DNA from: Craspedostauros australis
Lineage: Eukaryota
Direction of reading: 5' to 3'
Length of the DNA: 64,000 nt
Assembly: GCA_030167865.1 (NCBI GenBank)
Contig: JALAGF010002605.1
Coordinates: forward strand, 1-64,000
Below are positions 22,510 to 33,218 of this stretch, piece after piece. Positions within the stretch are counted from its first letter, which is position 1; every line of letters begins with the position of its first letter. The notes below the pieces were generated by a model. It had not been told where the DNA came from. It ran no database searches and saw only the letters and a list, made by a program, of their open reading frames with translations. The position numbers and the translations under genes are program-made.

Positions 22510-23968
22510 TTATGCAAGACGAGGAGCACCATTGCGATTGACTGCGCTGGGTCCCTGCTCTTCGTACTGTTCGCGGGTGGTGCACCAAGTCTTGAAGCTG
22601 TCGCTTGACGCGATGATGGATCCTCCGACCCATGCCGCATGCTTCTGTCCAGGATGAACCTTCACCTTGAGTTGGGTGCCCGGCATCGATGGCGCTGGAA
22701 ACGGTGAACGACTGCTTGTGTGGGCGCAACGGGGTTTCAAGTTATCAACGGGGACACGATGCGTGAGTATGAATGTTGTTGCACTGCCTTGCACATTGTT
22801 CGTGGACCCGGGTTTCTCATGATTCGTTGCACGCGCAGTGAGCGAATAAGTGCATGCGAGTATTGCCCTACGAGTGCATATTGCACATATGCACAACCCG
22901 CCACTCTGCAACGACAGCAGGGTTGGTTACTTACCTCGCAATGATTCGTTTCAAGTCACGCCTCAATCGACGGTCCAAGCCGAAGACTCCCGTCGGTCCG
23001 CCGCTCAGCACGATGCTTGTATACAGCTCCCGGCGGCAGTCGATGGGACATCCTTGGATGGTGGAATCCAGCAGCTCCGGCAGCGGAAGGAGGTTGTTGG
23101 CGGTGCTCTTGGCCAGCGCCGGACGGAACAGAACCTCGCCAGCCAGATACTTCTCCTCGTCGACTTCGCAGAACCACGGTTGTCCGTTGGGGAGCACGCC
23201 GCCCACACGCTCAGGAACGACCCGGACGGCTTCCTTGGTGAAGTTGGAGCAGACATATCCGTGATCTTCCTTGATCTGACGCGCCACTTCGAAAGAGTGC
23301 GACGGAGACACACCTCGCTTGTTCTTTCGGAGCGCTTGCTGGACGACGCTTGTGGCGTCGTGACCGCCGATGTCCATCTTGCGAATGTGGTCGCGCAGGA
23401 AGTGGCCTTGGTAGACGGGGATGACGGACGTGGTGTTCTTGCCGCTCTCCACTACGGTTCCTGAAAGATCGCCCAGTCCGCCTTCGGCATTGCCCCACGA
23501 GGCGACAAGAGACAGGATGGGACTGGGGTAGAACGACACGCCTGGAACGTTGAATGTCTCGAACATGATCTCGGCCATCATCTCGCGGCTGGCATCGGTG
23601 CAGGAAACGTGCTCCGAGAGCAGGACAGGGTGCTCTTCCGGGCTGCAACGCAGATGGTCGTACATGCAGACATGCCACAGCTGCTCCAGCGCATCCCAAT
23701 CTTGCACGAGGCCTTTTTGGATCATGGGATTGAATGTGTGGGACGAGGTGTGACGAATCATCGTCGCATGGTCACAGACCAAGACGTCTGCCTGCTGGGT
23801 GACGTGGCTGCCACTTGTGCTGCGTCTCTTCGTGGTATTGGTAGCTTCACGCTTCGTTCCAATGGCCGTCATGACCTGGCTGTGGGGCTCCAGCGACCCC
23901 GCGAATCCCATCTTTGTCGTTACGGATCCATTGTCAATGACGATGGCTGGCTTGGTGAAGTGGCCCAT
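22510..23968 (-). CDS. Divergent actin-related protein most similar to Arp3; exons 23968-22935, ~22711-22510
   Basis: IVIDNGS..KMGFAG; AEIMFETFNVPG; SLVASW; IKEDHGYVC; IQGCPIDCRRELY.SIVLSGG; RRLRRDLKRII; AAWVGGSIIAS; TREQYEEQGPS. Confidence 0.85.
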
Positions 23969-25146
23969 GGTTGCTTGCTCCTGTCGCTCCTCTCGTTTCG
24001 TTTACTGGCGGTCTTGATCGTCCGCTTCGTCTGTCTTGCTCTGCTGTTGATTGTGATTGTGATGGCGATCGTGATGGTGATGGGAGGACGGGTGCGATGG
24101 AGGAACGAAGATCATGGGCGAGATGCAGCAGGACGAGATGTAGCAAGGTGAGACGTGATGCCGTGTCGACGCAAGGCAATCAATCAAGTAGAGTGCGAGG
24201 AAGATGACCACGAAGGACGAAGAAGCGAGAAGCAGCGCACAACACATGAGTCGGTTGATGGATGCAGGCAACTCCAATCACCGAGCAGCACATGGTGACA
24301 GCACAGCAAAGACCAAACGTTTCAAACTCACAGGACGTGTCTGGAAGCACCGCGCGGCGTCGTGTACAAACTATGGCACAGCATGGAAGCCACCGCAAAG
24401 ACGCGACTGTTGTCCATGCACACGGGTCCAACACGACAGGAAATTCAAATCGCCGCTGTCGACAAGCGGCGGACTTTCGCGATAGCACCGCACAGGCTCA
24501 ATCGCCTCTGCATATACGTGCACAACTACGAGTGCAACGCCCAACCCATGGGTCCAAGGTGGGTGCATGTTTCCAATGCTCCATGATCGGTCCGCAGCGG
24601 GGGGCGACGTCCTCACCACGACAACCAAGGCAGAATACCATTACACCACCAAGACAATATCTTGTGTTCAGCGTCATGTGAGAACAACCGTTATTTTCAA
24701 AAAATGTGGGCGCGAAAACCGAAATGAGAACTTGTGTTGCTTGTCGTGACGTCACCATTCATGACTGATATTGGTTCCTGAGTCGTGAGCCATCAAGGTG
24801 ACATCTGTCGTGGAAGGTGCTGAGGGGTTGCGTGTCGCCACGATGGCCCAACACCAACAACAACGGGGACGCTCCACGAAACGAACTGAGGCATGGAGGT
24901 TTCTCTGCGACTCCTTCTGATGGTGGACGATGACAAGGGAGACAAGAAGGCTCGCACATTCTCAATTCTGCTTGCTTCGCCTTCGCCACCTTTCCAAGAG
25001 AGACCTGACGACTTCAATCGCAAGTTGCGGAAGTGGCATCATACTCAGAGCTACGAGGAGTAACATTCGTATAGTAGAGCAGGACCAATACACTTTGTAG
25101 AGTACCTCCATATTCTACAAAACAAGACCATACGTAGTAGTAGTAC

Positions 25147-27516
25147 ATGAGAGGAGACGGCTCCATCAGTCAGTCAATCAGTCAGTCAGTCCATCCACCT
25201 CCGAGGGCCATGGTCGAAGTCGGTGACGCCAGCGAGGCCAGCAACGCCCACAGCGCCAACCGTTTCTCAAGGCGTCGTCGTCTTCGATGTTGCCGACCTT
25301 CAAGCATGCTGTCCATGGCCACCATCTGCCTGAGTGCCTCATCACAAGTATCGCAAGTAAAGGCCTTCCATCCGTCAAGTCCGTTCAGCTTCGTTTCCCA
25401 TGGACCATCCAAAGCAGGGTGCAGCGGAGAGGATGTGCGCAGAAGAGGATGCCGAGGTTCCAGTCATGGTCATCAATGGTTGGCCCGTCAGGTGGGTGAG
25501 ACAACGGCACGAGAAAATAGCAGACAGCGTCATCCGCAGGCGGCCCTTCGCACACGTGAGCTGCATGTCCTACATGTGTTGCAGGATGATCCCATGTTCT
25601 TCGATCCGCAGCCACACGCGCAAGTGCAATCGCAAGTGCAACCGCAAGGATCGCAGTCAGCAGCACTACCGCCGATACCTCAAATGCCTTCGCAGCAGTT
25701 CTTTCGAATGGCAAAGGCGCAGCTGGAACTGTTGGCGAACTCGCTGTTTCTGTCAGGCAGCAACTCTCTCAACAAAATTCAATCGATGGGGCTGTACTTG
25801 CCGCAGGAAAATACCATCAGTGGTCAGCTGGAATTCACACCGGCCATCGTCCATCCCGATCCAGCTGCGGAGCGAGTGTTTATCGCGTCTGATGCGGCCT
25901 CGGGAAATGCTCTGACGCTGCCACGGACATTGACAACGCTCCCAGGCTTCGAAACTGCCTCGTCGTTGCTGCCGGGATATCCCATGATATCCGCCGACAG
26001 CACAGCACCCACCGTCGGCGTCATCGAAGAGGTCATGTGCGATCCAACCGCAAGATCCAAGGCAGCCTCACTTTCGATTCCTCTATTGTCCGGGCCGCAA
26101 ACGGTCGGAGTGCTGCTTGTTTCGCCTCGCAGCCCGCTTGATGAAACCAATGGAAACAACCGAAATGTGAGCAAACTCACAAGCACACGAAAAGGGACCA
26201 AGGGCAGTACGAGTAGTGCCAGCAGTAGCAGCAGCGACGGCGGCGGCAATTCACCGAATGGCCAAACACAAGAGGAATCGTTCTGGACAGAACAGGACAG
26301 AGCGCAGATATCCATTGCAGCACAAAGCCTCTCCATGGCGCTGGCGATGGATAATGAGCGTTCGATATTGCAGCAGCAGAACATGGAGTTCAGAGAGTCA
26401 TTATCGAATTCGTTGCATCAGGTCAAAAATCCACTCCAGGCCTTGCGAACATACAGCAAGCTCTTGGAACGAAGAATAAGCACAGAAGAACAAGGTGGCG
26501 ATGGAATAGCGCAATCGTCACTGCCCCTGTCGCTGTCCAACAACCGCGGCAGTTACAGCCTCATGGACCTCACCAACAACGTCGTGTTGCAAAGCGAGCG
26601 AGTCTCCGATCTGCTCCGACCGATCGATTCTCTCGTGGATCGCATGGACAGGCTCTCCATGCCGTACCTGATCGGACCGAGCACCAGCGCAACCAACGGC
26701 ATCAATGGAGAAACGGGCCAAACCATCGGATCCTTGGTCCTGCGACAGGATGCGGCTGCACCCCTGATCGAGACGATCGAGAATGAGGCCTTGGAGTATG
26801 CGAGAGTCAATGCCACTGTGATGGATGGATTCTCGAACGTCGGCGATATGTTCACAACGCCACCAAGTGCGGCAGATTCGAATGCTAACAACGGGGATCA
26901 ATCCGCCTCGAGCGTGTTCTCGTCCGCGCTCTCGACGCCGACGTCTTCATCGCCATCCGCGTCGCTGATCCACATCTTCGGTGATGATGAGGTCGAGATT
27001 GCATTCTTGAGCGAATTGCTGGAATCCACGCTGACGTCCTTCTACACAGTCAGCGAGGAAGCAGGTGTTGCATTTGGTGTCATCGAGGAAGATGACGATC
27101 TTCCCGGTGTCTCCGTCTCCCCCAAGGCCTTGAAGGAGGCCTTGATGAACCTGCTGGACAATGCGCTGAAATATGTGGTGCTACCGAAACGAGGATCGGC
27201 ACAGTCCCGCAATCCATCGCCACAGATCATGGTGCGTTTCCTGTCCAACGACCAAAATGTGATGAGCCCAGGTGTCACCATCCTGGTCGAAGACAACGGA
27301 CCTGGCATTGCGAGCGAGGAACGGGAGTTGGTCTTTCGACGCGGATACCGAAGTCGCGAGACGCAGTCGGTGGAAGGCACGGGGATTGGCTTGGACATCG
27401 CTCGGAACATAATATCAAGGATGGGCGGGACGTTGACAGTGGAAGAGCCGGATGGATCATCGCTGGGTGGGACGGTGATGAAAATCGTTCTGTTCCGACG
27501 GGCATTGAAACAGTAG
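25147..27516 (+). CDS. CSK: Chloroplast sensor kinase (CSK/Hik2-type histidine kinase) with GAF-like, HisKA and HATPase_c domains; true start probably 25210 or 25306
   Basis: H-box LHQVKNPLQALRTYSKLL, typical of Hik2/CSK; N-box NLLDNALKY; G1 DNGPGI; G2 GTGIGL; presequence ..QVKA|F. Confidence 0.82.
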   Translation: MRGDGSISQSISQSVHPPPRAMVEVGDASEASNAHSANRFSRRRRLRCCRPSSMLSMATICLSASSQVSQVKAFHPSSPFSFVSHGPSKAGCSGEDVRRRGCRGSSHGHQWLARQVGETTARENSRQRHPQAALRTRELHVLHVLQDDPMFFDPQPHAQVQSQVQPQGSQSAALPPIPQMPSQQFFRMAKAQLELLANSLFLSGSNSLNKIQSMGLYLPQENTISGQLEFTPAIVHPDPAAERVFIASDAASGNALTLPRTLTTLPGFETASSLLPGYPMISADSTAPTVGVIEEVMCDPTARSKAASLSIPLLSGPQTVGVLLVSPRSPLDETNGNNRNVSKLTSTRKGTKGSTSSASSSSSDGGGNSPNGQTQEESFWTEQDRAQISIAAQSLSMALAMDNERSILQQQNMEFRESLSNSLHQVKNPLQALRTYSKLLERRISTEEQGGDGIAQSSLPLSLSNNRGSYSLMDLTNNVVLQSERVSDLLRPIDSLVDRMDRLSMPYLIGPSTSATNGINGETGQTIGSLVLRQDAAAPLIETIENEALEYARVNATVMDGFSNVGDMFTTPPSAADSNANNGDQSASSVFSSALSTPTSSSPSASLIHIFGDDEVEIAFLSELLESTLTSFYTVSEEAGVAFGVIEEDDDLPGVSVSPKALKEALMNLLDNALKYVVLPKRGSAQSRNPSPQIMVRFLSNDQNVMSPGVTILVEDNGPGIASEERELVFRRGYRSRETQSVEGTGIGLDIARNIISRMGGTLTVEEPDGSSLGGTVMKIVLFRRALKQ

Positions 27517-27971
27517 CAACACTTGTGAGAAGTGATCAGGGCGTAGTGAGCAATGATCAGTGAGCAACCACACGGGGTTGCACAGTGCGAATGCACTCGG
27601 CGGCCAAAGCATGAGTAGTGAAAGCAGCAACGGTAGAGTAGGAAAGTAGGCATCGTAGGGACCGTACGAGCATCCGGTGATGGTGCAGATTGCACGTGGT
27701 GGAACGTGCGAGTGCCGGCAAACATGCACTAATTAGAGATGAAAATAGTTTACGATATGCGCATCACACCAGCACTCGGAGGCACAACCCGGCAGGGGAT
27801 CTCATGCGAAAGCGAAATGTGCTTGGAAAGTGCTGGGATGTAATGAAATAGAGTGGCGTGGGTTGGTCAACTCGTAAACGTGGCTGAAGGCGTCCAAATG
27901 TGACTACATGTTGATGAATGCCACTAAATGCAGTTGAATGCGGTTGAAGGCAGAGCTGCTCGCAACCATCT

Positions 27972-29267
27972 TCACAGAGACTTCTTTGCTGATCGATTCC
28001 GCAATGAGATTGGGAATAGAACCTCCTTCCAATTCTCCACAAATCCGCGATCGTACAAATTCTTTGGCAATGGGCCAGGATCAAAGTAGATTTGCTCGTT
28101 CTTTGCCTTTTGCACCTTCGTCACCGCCGTGGTGGCTTGAACGACATTGGTCTGCAAGCTGCTGTTGGTGCCAGCAATGCCAGTGCTGGTGCTACTGCTG
28201 CTGCCGGGCCCAAGACCTGGCGTGCAGGTGACATCGTCATCGGATATTTCGGGCGTCGATTCCGCTGTCATCACGTCACCCTGCGCTGCCGCTGCTGGTT
28301 CAACCAAGCCATTCTTGACGGCCTCGTCGTAGTCCTTCTTCTGCTTCTTGTACCATCGCTTGACGTCCTCCCACTTGCCATCCTCGTTGGTGGTTCTATT
28401 CTTGGAGGTGATGTAGAAATGGTATCCGAAAAAGGCGCCCAGCGCCACGCTCATGACCCCCATGATGATGAAGACCGCGCTCTCGGCCATGCGTTTCGCG
28501 AAGAGGTACTGCGATACGATCCAGTAGGTGGCACGAACTGTCTCCCCTGTCGCACGGTCGAAGAAGGTCAACTCCATGAGCCGCTCCTCCGTGATCTCAC
28601 CCCAAAATAGCAGACCGCAAACGAAGGTGCCGTACATGCACATGGCGACGTGGATAGCGAGGAAGAGGAGGAACCAGCGGTAATTCTCCTCGCCGATGGT
28701 GTTGTACACCCAGCCGCAGAAATGGTCGTACCGTGGCACGTTCTGATTGTACTTGAGACGGTCGAACTTGGAGCGTGCGATGCGAGGCAGACCGGTGGTG
28801 TCGCACTTCTTGTTGGGGACGAATAGCAGGTTGTCGTAGGGGTAGTGCTCGTACCTGTGGAAGGAGCTGGCCGTGATGATGCCCGGGCTGCTGCGACACG
28901 CCAGTCTCCAGCTGGAGAAGCAGGAAACGAAGATGATGTAGCCGAAGTACTTGTGGATGTTGGAGACTCTGGCGCTCTCCGTGATCCACGGGTAGATGTA
29001 CCAAAATACCACCACCCAGCTTCCCAGCACGACAGCCAGGTAGATGAGCTGCATGGACCGATCCAGGAAGCTGGTGACATGACGCAGCATCCTCTTTCCG
29101 AACATCTGCTCAAACCGCTGGGATGCTGTCCTGGGCAGCGTCTGCGTCATGAAGAACGCGACTTCGGAGGTGCTGGGATCCGCGATCACGCAGAAGTAGA
29201 TGACGAAGCTGCATGTCACCACGTACAGCATCAAGATGAACGCGAGGTACGTATTCCAACCCATCAT
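27972..29267 (-). CDS. DHHC-family palmitoyltransferase (Swf1/ZDHHC4-like) with a DHFC motif
   Basis: Multiple TM helices; SPGII; YPYDNLLF; RYDHFCGWVYNTIGEENYRWF; TTNE; NLYDRGFVENWKEV. Confidence 0.9.
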   Translation of the reverse strand: MMGWNTYLAFILMLYVVTCSFVIYFCVIADPSTSEVAFFMTQTLPRTASQRFEQMFGKRMLRHVTSFLDRSMQLIYLAVVLGSWVVVFWYIYPWITESARVSNIHKYFGYIIFVSCFSSWRLACRSSPGIITASSFHRYEHYPYDNLLFVPNKKCDTTGLPRIARSKFDRLKYNQNVPRYDHFCGWVYNTIGEENYRWFLLFLAIHVAMCMYGTFVCGLLFWGEITEERLMELTFFDRATGETVRATYWIVSQYLFAKRMAESAVFIIMGVMSVALGAFFGYHFYITSKNRTTNEDGKWEDVKRWYKKQKKDYDEAVKNGLVEPAAAAQGDVMTAESTPEISDDDVTCTPGLGPGSSSSTSTGIAGTNSSLQTNVVQATTAVTKVQKAKNEQIYFDPGPLPKNLYDRGFVENWKEVLFPISLRNRSAKKSL

Positions 29268-30344
29268 TGTCGTCTTTCTTGTGTTGTCACAGCACAACTA
29301 TACTCTCCAGTATTAGAGATTGGGTACTCTACTCTATTTATAATAGAATAGAATATATAATATTATAATGGAATAGTATGGTTCATTCAGCGCCTGGTTT
29401 CGATGAGTGCTGGGCATTGCTCCATCGTCTTCCCCTCCCAGTCTCGATTCATGATGCGTGGCGGAGAAGTTGGCGCCAACCACATCGGGACGGTTTCTGT
29501 TGACGTTGGCGTGGAGGGAACACATCACGTCCTCTTCCGCAGGCAATGACCGTTGCACAGTTTGTTCGACGATGTTGAGTCCGTTGAGTCCTCTGACTCC
29601 GCCGAGTCGATTTTCGAAACATCGTTCTCCGGTTTGGCCCACACAGATCGTGTATCTTCCGTCTTTGCGGACGTTGGGAGGGTGAATTCCAGTTGCCATC
29701 ACTTTCATCAACCACCAACGACAGAACCATGAGCAGCAAGGACCACGAGACCGAAGACTGACTATCCTCGCACAATTGCAAGCACCCATCCACCTTCTTG
29801 CCTCGTCGCACGCGTCCACGAATACGAGGACACCAAGCATCATGAGTGGCACACCTGCGCCGGTTGGCCTCAAGTGAGTTGCAAACGTCTCTGCCTTCAT
29901 CCATCATAAGGGGAACCACCCGATTTCTGTTTCTTGCAGAGTATCCGGACGATGGCATGCAGCGGCAGTAGCAGCAGCAGCAGCAGCAGCTACGAGTACA
30001 GTGACGGAAGCGAACGATCAACGAATCGGCAGATACTCTGCCATGTACATTCAGTGAAGATGGTTGTGTCGTGGAAACATATCGTCTTCACCCATCGCCT
30101 GCTCTCCTCGACTGCCACCGACGTGCATCTTCGTCATTGGTGGCAATCACATCACGCCGCAATGCATCGCATCACATGCGGTTTCTCCATTCTCACTGCA
30201 TTCGCACCCAACTACACTACGAGTATTGTGCACGCTGTCACTTGACCACGTTCCAATTGAGCTTACTCCACGTCAACTATCAACTCACACCTCACATATT
30301 GCTGCCAATGCCGCAATTCGCGCGATTAAACACATCACAGCGGC

Positions 30345-31214
30345 ATGGACTTGATCATCGACGGATGGTTTCACGAACGCGGCGAAATGTGGCCCGGCCA
30401 GGCCATGTCGCTGAAGGTGGAGAAGGTGCTGGACCACCACCGCTCCGAATTCCAGGACGTCCTGGTCTTCGAATCCGAAAAGCACGGCAATGTGCTGGTG
30501 CTCGACGGCGTCATCCAGGTCACGGAACGCGACGAATTCTCCTACCAAGAGATGGGCGCCCACCTGCCCCTCTTCGCGCATCCCAACCCCAAGCGCGTGC
30601 TCGTGATTGGCGGTGGTGATGGTGGCATGCTGCGAGAGATCGCGCGGCACCCCGGCGTCGAGGAGATTGTCGAATGCGAGCTGGACAAGGACGTCATCGA
30701 GGTGTGCAAGACGCACCTGCCCAGCCTGGCCAAGGGGTATGACGACCCGCGCGTGACGGTGAAGATCATGGACGGCGCCAAGTTCATGGACGAGAATCAG
30801 GATGCCTTCGATGTGATCATCACCGATAGCTCCGATCCCATCGGTCCCGCCAGCGTGCTGTTCGAGATGCCGTTCTACAATGCCATGTACAAGAGCCTGC
30901 GTGAGGGTGGCATCATCTGCTCCCAAGGCGAATGCATGTGGCTGCACGTGGATGTGATTCAGCCGCTGGTGAACTGCGTGAAGGAGGTGTTCACGACCGT
31001 GGAGTACGCTTACACCACCATCCCGACGTATCCGTCGGGCCAGATCGGTTTCATCATCGCCACCAAGGGCAAGGCGGAGGGATGCAGCAAACCAAATCGC
31101 AAGCCCAGCGATGAGATCCAGAAGCAGTTACGATACTACACGCCGGAGATCCACGAGGCGTCCTTCGTGCTGCCAGCCTTTGCCAAGCGTGCCATCTTCG
31201 GCGACTCGGCATAG
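30345..31214 (+). CDS. SRM: Spermidine synthase (putrescine aminopropyltransferase), single exon
   Basis: GWFHE..MWPGQAMSLKVE; LVLDGVIQVTERDEFSYQEM; VLVIGGGDGG; FDVIITDSSDP; IPTYPSGQIGF. Confidence 0.96.
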   Translation: MDLIIDGWFHERGEMWPGQAMSLKVEKVLDHHRSEFQDVLVFESEKHGNVLVLDGVIQVTERDEFSYQEMGAHLPLFAHPNPKRVLVIGGGDGGMLREIARHPGVEEIVECELDKDVIEVCKTHLPSLAKGYDDPRVTVKIMDGAKFMDENQDAFDVIITDSSDPIGPASVLFEMPFYNAMYKSLREGGIICSQGECMWLHVDVIQPLVNCVKEVFTTVEYAYTTIPTYPSGQIGFIIATKGKAEGCSKPNRKPSDEIQKQLRYYTPEIHEASFVLPAFAKRAIFGDSA

Positions 31215-33218
31215 AGATATGGTGTTCGTATGGTTGCTGGCGTTGGGCGAATCAGAGAAGTTGGTGTCCGGGCGTGGTGTCGGAGTGCACTCTTGTGGAG
31301 ATCGCTCTCTCTGTTTGCTCGAAAATGTATCACACCATATGTGCTCTTCATCGTCGATCTGCTCCAAGGAGACTGGCACACTGTAGTTTGGAACGGAATA
31401 TCACATCATGCTCGTCGTGTTGTACCTAGTCTACCATCATCATCATAATTAGACTACGGGCACTCGTATGTACTGGTGCTTGCCATAGTCGTACGTAGAA
31501 TAGATCAAGTTGATGCGAATCCAGTTCCGCCTGTCTCTGCCTCTCTGGAGAGGGCTCTACCAACAGAGAATAGTAGTGTAGTGTGGCAGAGTACTACCGC
31601 CCGCAGCGACGAAGCGCGACGCCTTCTTTTCCTCACAACGGATGATCCTTCCGAATTTACCCGCCAAAAATCTGGTTTCTCTCGTTGCCTCAGTCATGTA
31701 TAAAGTACTTATTTAGGTTTATGTGAGTGTGATTCCCGCCGAGACGAACGTATAACGTCCTTAACGGTTTGGTAAGTACGCGAAAGTCGTTTTGGGATCC
31801 CGTGCGCGCTTCGTTCACCGAAAATGTGAGCAACCGCAAATCCAATGAGGGCATTTCACACATGCAACCAAAAAATGTGAGGAAGGTGTCCGGTTTTTGT
31901 GTGTGATTGTCGTTGCGCACACTCGCACATGGTGATTGGTGGGAGGTGTGTTGTGTGTGGCTGGGACGAGAGAGGCAGAGAGTTGGCGGGATGGATGAAG
32001 AAGGCAGCGAAAATAGATGGCGAGAGACACAGACAGAAGCCGCCAACAGGGAGAATAATTGGAATAAAGCCAACAGGGCCAACAGGGCCAACAAGGCCAA
32101 CAAGGCAACAAAGAGAAAGAGCCAAAGAGAGAGTTGTGTCTCTGGAGTGTTCGACTTCGTCCACCCCTTGACACTGTGTGAGCACTCGCAGCAGCACTGC
32201 TGACCGAAACAGATTCAAGGCAAGCACTCCGCTGACAAAGAGACAGCAACTGAACGTTTGCCTTGCATTGGACTGCGCTGCATCGCACTGTTCTACTATA
32301 CTCTACTCGGACCACACTTGCCAACTATACTTTGCGTTGCTCCTCTTGACGGCGAGTTGCATGTGAGAGAAAGAGCAATCCGGGACATCCAACCGAAGAC
32401 AAGGCCAATCCGAGTTCTTCTGGCTTTCAAACAAAACCAATCTCCATCTCAACCCCAACCATCTCAAAGAACGCCAATTATTCAGCACGTGCACTCTTCA
32501 CAAAGTTACTATACGATCCTCAGTGCGATCTACCAAGAGCTACAATACAACGGTCAGCACATAACACAAACACAGCATTAAGACAACATCATACGACATC
32601 ACACATCACACATCACATCGCTCGGCGTGAGATCAGTATCGGATCCTCTGTACACCACAAAATCATCAAACAAGCAAAGAAGAATCCGTCAATCCTCAAT
32701 ACTCGATACTCAGCACCCAACACCCAACACTGCTATATCACTTTTTGTGAATCAACTTTGCTTCCATTTGAATTGCATTGAGGTACTTTTCATTGCATAC
32801 AGTCCGCCAATCACTCAGAACGCTTACAGCACAGCACGGTCAAGTCAATTCAAGTCAATTCAAGCCAAGTCGACGCTGGCGTGGTGCTGTCAACACGAGC
32901 CCCATCACAAAGACAGCAACGGCAACGCAGGCACACGGAAGGCATTTTACGCACAACACAGACCAACACAACCAACACAAACCACCATAGCAGAGTGTGC
33001 AGAGGCCGAGTGGAGTGGCGTGAAGTGGAGTGGAGTGAAGTAGAGAGGACAACAGAGTACACCACCATATTCCGCTGCAGCCATCAACATCGATATCAAC
33101 ATCGATATCAGCACGGTCCTCGGCTCAGCGCTTTACGAGTACGACTACGGGTACGCACATACCTGGTACATGCACACCTACAAGTACTCGTATTCAAACT
33201 CAGACTCGCACTCGCACG

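Noticed and set aside
19488-31214. PPTase plus spermidine synthase as a biosynthetic cluster (e.g. long-chain polyamines)
   Set aside because: There is no PKS/NRPS or AdoMetDC fusion nearby, and both genes look like stand-alone housekeeping enzymes.
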